From positions 1 to 20,792 of the forward strand of contig JBHIFL010000070.1 in the NCBI GenBank assembly GCA_046761065.1: a stretch of 20,792 bases of DNA, given 5' to 3'. This DNA comes from Candidatus Heimdallarchaeota archaeon (GTDB lineage Archaea; Asgardarchaeota; Wukongarchaeia; Wukongarchaeales; JBHIFL01). Under the pieces are notes generated by a model. That model worked only from the letters and a program-made list of their open reading frames with translations, was not told the DNA's origin and ran no database searches. Positions 17,874 to 20,792 of this stretch are shown in pieces (position 1 is the first letter of the stretch; each line of letters starts with the position of its first letter). A program made the translations under genes and the position numbers.

Positions 17874-18137
17874 CTACCGGCCACTTCGTTCATCTAACTG
17901 TTCTTGCAACGTTTCTACCCTCTCTTCTAATGTGATTATTCTCTCTTCTAACTCAGAAATCTGTTCTTGGAGCGCTATTATAAGCACAAGCAAGTTACCC
18001 TCTTCGGTCGTAAAGATATCTTGTGGCAGAGATCTCCTTTCGAAGGTCAACTCATTCAATAATGTTTTAACCGCTTTTCTTTGGGATCCTCGGATTAACT
18101 TATCTCTTATCTTTTTGATTTTCACTTCTAGTTCCAT
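17874..18137 (-). CDS. Small protein with a C-terminal leucine-zipper-like coiled coil
   Basis: GAGGTG RBS 5 nt before the ATG; heptads in LQEQISELEERIITLEERVETLQEQL. Confidence 0.8.
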   Translation of the reverse strand: MELEVKIKKIRDKLIRGSQRKAVKTLLNELTFERRSLPQDIFTTEEGNLLVLIIALQEQISELEERIITLEERVETLQEQLDERSGR

Positions 18138-18244
18138 GAAAACACCTCACGAAGAGTATTAGTGACCACAACGCTAACGAATAGCTAGATTCCCAATAAA
18201 ATTTCAGGTGTTCATCATCGAGTTATGTGGCCTAAAGTGGTTCT

Positions 18245-18907
18245 TCATTTCTTTTCATCAGAAAGTAAAAAGTCCCAGCTTGTCAAATTTATGGTGATCT
18301 CAAAATTATCACCGTCCGGACAATTTACCTGTAAACTGACGTGGTCTTTGTCTTGAGAAGTGATGATTGGAGTGAGACAGCCTTCTTTGAGTTTCTGTAC
18401 AAGGAATGCTACAAAATGATCGGTTACAAGCTCGAGACTTCCATTGATAAGCTGTTCCCCCAGTTTTCCTAGAAACACTCGGACTTCTCGCCCATCCCGA
18501 AATCGTTCGACCAATCCCACTTTTTCAAACTGGGTCAAATGGTATCTAACCGTATCATGATGAACTCCTACCATATTTGCTATTTCTTGTTGGTTCATAC
18601 CCGGAGTATTTATTACTAGTCGAAAGATTGCTTGTGCGGTTTTACTCCTCAGCGCCGCAAGCGCCCTCGCACTTTCAACACTTGATAACTTCCGGGGATA
18701 ATAGATCCGCTTCCCCCCAAATTTAGTGGAATTAATGAGCCCTTCTTTCTCCAATTTCCGCAGATGCCAATCCAAGGTCCCTTGGGATGTGGCCAACTCT
18801 GAGGCAATTCGGTAGCAATGTATTCCGGGTGATTCACACACCACTTCATAAATCCGGCGGCGAATGGGATTTAACAGTAGGCTCAAACGTTTTTGAAATC
18901 TGGGCAT
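18245..18907 (-). CDS. Tandem winged helix-turn-helix transcriptional regulator (ArsR-like, archaeal double-wHTH type)
   Basis: Two repeats: RRRIYEVVCESPGIH...GTLDWHLRKLEKEGLI and IFRLVINTPGMNQQEIA...TVRYHLTQFEKVGLV, then a short C-terminal domain. Confidence 0.9.
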   Translation of the reverse strand: MPRFQKRLSLLLNPIRRRIYEVVCESPGIHCYRIASELATSQGTLDWHLRKLEKEGLINSTKFGGKRIYYPRKLSSVESARALAALRSKTAQAIFRLVINTPGMNQQEIANMVGVHHDTVRYHLTQFEKVGLVERFRDGREVRVFLGKLGEQLINGSLELVTDHFVAFLVQKLKEGCLTPIITSQDKDHVSLQVNCPDGDNFEITINLTSWDFLLSDEKK

Positions 18908-19125
18908 AAATTCATCAACTACGGCTTCTCAACCCTCTTTTTCTTAACTATCACATCACTTTAAAAGGTTCTCCCCTTACTATTTAAGTCCTTTCCTCGT
19001 TTTTATCCTCCAATCCATCGAAAACTAGTACCAATAACTCTCGGATTTGTTTGTATGCTACGTTATAATGTCACTAAATTGCTTGGGGGATAAATCCAAA
19101 ACGTTTATGTGGTAAAAAAAATCCC

Positions 19126-19195
19126 ATGAGGAGGAAGTGGATTCCCGAAAGGAATCGGGTGGTGAAGTAATCCCTCTCCAGGCCTACCCACCCAT
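19126..19195. other. GC-rich structured element in the divergent HTH/acs intergenic region
   Basis: GATTCC-CGAAA-GGAATC hairpin (19140-19156) and GGGTGG/CCACCC complementarity (19157-19162 with 19188-19193), set in AT-rich flanks. Confidence 0.35.
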
Positions 19196-19334
19196 AGATT
19201 AATACCTATACAAACAAATATATACTTAACGAATAAAATATATATGAATGTGGCGTTGGAATTTCTGCTTAGATGCTTTTTAGGCGCTCTCTTCTTCAGA
19301 TTTTATCTTGAATTATAAAAAATGGTGACTCAAT

Positions 19335-20792
19335 ATGACATCATCTAACCAACCCTCGGAGAAAAAAGACATCGATGTTCTGTTAATTGAAAAACGTATC
19401 TTTGATCCCTCGGATGATTTCGTCAAAGCAACCCATGTTTGGAAGTGGATGGAGCAACACAGGATTAAAGATCTTCAGGAACTCCTTGCCCGGTGCCAAG
19501 ACTACGAGTGGTTCTGGGGCGAAATGGCTAAAGATGTTGGCATCAGCTGGGTTGAGCCCTACGATAAGGTCGTCGACTGGAACCTACCTTGGGTTAAATG
19601 GTTCGTTGGGGCGAAATACAACATCGTTTTGGACACCCTCGATAAACACGCCACCTCTGAGCGGAAAGACAAGGTGGCCTACATTTGGGAAGGGGAACCT
19701 GAAGGAGAAGTCCGTAAGCTGACCTACGGGGATCTATATGCGGAAGTCAACAAGTTAGCGAATGGTCTCAAGAGCCTTGGCGTCAACAAAGGCGATCGGG
19801 TTTCCATCTATCTCCCCATGATCCCTGAACTCCCCATCGCCATGCTGGCCTGCGCCAAAATTGGTGCCATTCATTCCGTGGTCTTTTCGGGGTTCTCCGC
19901 CCTCGCGTTGGCCAACCGTATCTGCGACTGCGAAAGTAAGGCCGTCATCACCTGTGACTCCTTCTATCGCCGCGGGAAAACCATCCCCCTGAAAACGCAA
20001 ACGGATGAGGCCATGGTAGCGGTTAAAGAATGTGCCTGGGGCGGCTCCCCTGAGCACGTCATCGTGTTTCGCCGGACTGGCGAAGCGGTCCCCTGGACTG
20101 ACGGCCGCGACCTGTGGTGGCATGAGCTTACTGCCCCCCAATCCACCGAGTGCCCCACCGAAATCCTGGATGCCCAAGACCTTCTGTTCCTCCTCTATAC
20201 CTCTGGTACCACCGGCAAACCAAAAGGCATCCAACACGCTCATGGCGGTTACGCCGTGGGGACGGCCACTACGCTCAAATGGATCTTTGACCTCAAAGAT
20301 AACGACACGTACTGGTGTGCTGCAGACATAGGATGGATCACGGGCCACTCCTACATCGTTTATGGGCCTTTGCTCTTAGGGGTCACCAGCATCATGTATG
20401 AAGGGGCCCCCACGTTTCCGGATCCAGGCCGCTGGTGGCGAATCATTGAACGCTATGGAGTAACTGTCTTCTATACTAGCCCAACAGCGGTGCGCCTGTT
20501 CATGCGGTATGGTGAAGACGTCTTGCAAAGTGTTGATTTAAGTTCACTCCGCTTACTCGGATCTGTTGGAGAGCCAATTAATCCCGAGGCGTGGATCTGG
20601 TACTACAAGTACATCGGTCAAGAAAAATGTCAGATCATGGACACCTGGTGGCAGACTGAAACTGGTATGCAGATGATCACCCCCCTCCCCATCACCCCGT
20701 TGAAACCCGGATCGGCAACCTTCCCCTTCCCTGGGATCCGGGCTGATGTGTTCGATGAGGCCGGCAATTCGATCCAGGGCGCTGGTGGAGCC
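19335..20792 (+). CDS. acs: Acetyl-CoA synthetase (AMP-forming acetate--CoA ligase), truncated by the window end
   Basis: Translated by hand from ATG 19335 (GGTGA RBS at 19324): IWEGEP...LTYGDLY...[13 protein letters not shown]...HSVVFSGFS...[12 protein letters not shown]...[20 protein letters not shown]...[12 protein letters not shown]...DTWWQTETG. It is absent from the ORF track because there is no stop in the window. Confidence 0.96.
   Translation, partial: MTSSNQPSEKKDIDVLLIEKRIFDPSDDFVKATHVWKWMEQHRIKDLQELLARCQDYEWFWGEMAKDVGISWVEPYDKVVDWNLPWVKWFVGAKYNIVLDTLDKHATSERKDKVAYIWEGEPEGEVRKLTYGDLYAEVNKLANGLKSLGVNKGDRVSIYLPMIPELPIAMLACAKIGAIHSVVFSGFSALALANRICDCESKAVITCDSFYRRGKTIPLKTQTDEAMVAVKECAWGGSPEHVIVFRRTGEAVPWTDGRDLWWHELTAPQSTECPTEILDAQDLLFLLYTSGTTGKPKGIQHAHGGYAVGTATTLKWIFDLKDNDTYWCAADIGWITGHSYIVYGPLLLGVTSIMYEGAPTFPDPGRWWRIIERYGVTVFYTSPTAVRLFMRYGEDVLQSVDLSSLRLLGSVGEPINPEAWIWYYKYIGQEKCQIMDTWWQTETGMQMITPLPITPLKPGSATFPFPGIRADVFDEAGNSIQGAGGA

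Noticed and set aside
17812-18162. 116-aa plus-strand ORF
   Set aside because: It is antisense to the 87-aa coiled-coil gene, which has the RBS and a protein-like composition.
19131-19190. Resemblance of the GAAA hairpin region to a c-di-GMP-I riboswitch, hammerhead ribozyme or SECIS
   Set aside because: The required conserved cores (GGCAAA/GCAAAG, CUGAUGA, or a paired AUGA-GA helix) are not present.
19387-20348. Track ORFs 19387..19722 (+), 19755..20348 (-), 19964..20158 (-) and 20032..20331 (+)
   Set aside because: They are shadow frames of the acs gene that starts at 19335.

Overview
A gene-dense, fairly AT-rich prokaryotic window that looks archaeal. The evidence is GGTGA/GGAGG ribosome-binding motifs, TATA-like boxes before genes, a tandem winged-HTH regulator, an OCD/AlaDH-family enzyme and a DTTPP-type Ig surface domain. 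An Asgard- or Bathyarchaeia-like host is an inference only. The centrepiece is a 2033-aa alpha-2-macroglobulin/thioester-protein homologue with a signal peptide, repeated MG domains, an intact GCTEQ thioester motif, extra Ig-like domains and a C-terminal membrane anchor. Directly upstream on the same strand is a 624-aa PIN nuclease fused to a long helical-repeat region. The rest comprises a zinc-ribbon membrane protein, a sulfite-oxidase-like molybdoprotein, an RNase Z-like MBL hydrolase, a CxxC thioredoxin-like protein, an OCD/AlaDH enzyme, an MFS transporter that lacks a canonical start for its first helix, a radical SAM plus PrsW pair, a decayed segment (about 16.7-17.8 kb) with in-frame stops, a small coiled-coil protein, an HTH regulator and the 5' part of acetyl-CoA synthetase, which is missing from the supplied ORF track. 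No rRNA, tRNA, CRISPR array or transposase was seen.
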